Positions 63,949 through 64,000 of a DNA stretch of 64,000 nucleotides are shown here, one piece after another. A model generated the notes under the pieces. That model saw only the letters and a list, made by a program, of their open reading frames with translations, was not told the DNA's origin and did no database searches. The stretch is from Paraspadella gotoi. Its lineage: Eukaryota > Animalia > Chaetognatha. The position numbers were made by a program, and so were the translations under genes. Every line of letters begins with the position of its first letter. Position 1 is the stretch's first letter. The DNA lies in NCBI GenBank assembly GCA_051294375.1, contig CM119265.1, positions 2,339,268 through 2,403,267 on the forward strand. The letters run 5' to 3'.

Positions 63949-64000
63949 AGCGTCTCCTCAGCACACTGCGTCAGTTCCAACCCGGATCTGAACCGAGTTT
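63949..64000 (+). CDS. Gene B exon 3 start (ERLLSTLRQFQPGSEPS...), runs off the window
   Basis: accag| phase-1 acceptor; matches the start of gene A exon 3. Confidence 0.75.

Overview
Microsatellite-rich, AT-rich eukaryotic DNA, most likely an invertebrate draft assembly with N-gaps and visibly noisy stretches. Most short ORFs in the track are simple-repeat artefacts. Hand splicing supports six genes: (1) an intronless ~743-aa multi-TM XK-related-like gene (12.5-14.7 kb, minus); (2) the 3' part of a bestrophin gene (8 exons, 22.8-35.8 kb); (3) a Ser/Pro-rich gene with 13 SPxNxx heptads (47.9-51.4 kb); (4) FAM162 (54.5-55.9 kb); (5) a ~1,629-aa 'gene A' (56.5-62.5 kb) with a presequence-like N-terminus, nine invariant YWDLWL motifs and a COA3-like TM segment; (6) the start of a tandem paralog, 'gene B' (63.4 kb to window end). 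Mobile DNA includes two TRIM-like mini LTR elements sharing an extended tRNA-Trp-like primer-binding site, solo LTRs, a Tc1 remnant, HINE-like ends and TTAGGG-filled foldback elements. The most unusual signals are intron ends that base-pair with each other (strongest at the non-canonical GC and GG donors) and the YWDLWL multivalent-motif protein. All family assignments come from motif recognition, not database searches.
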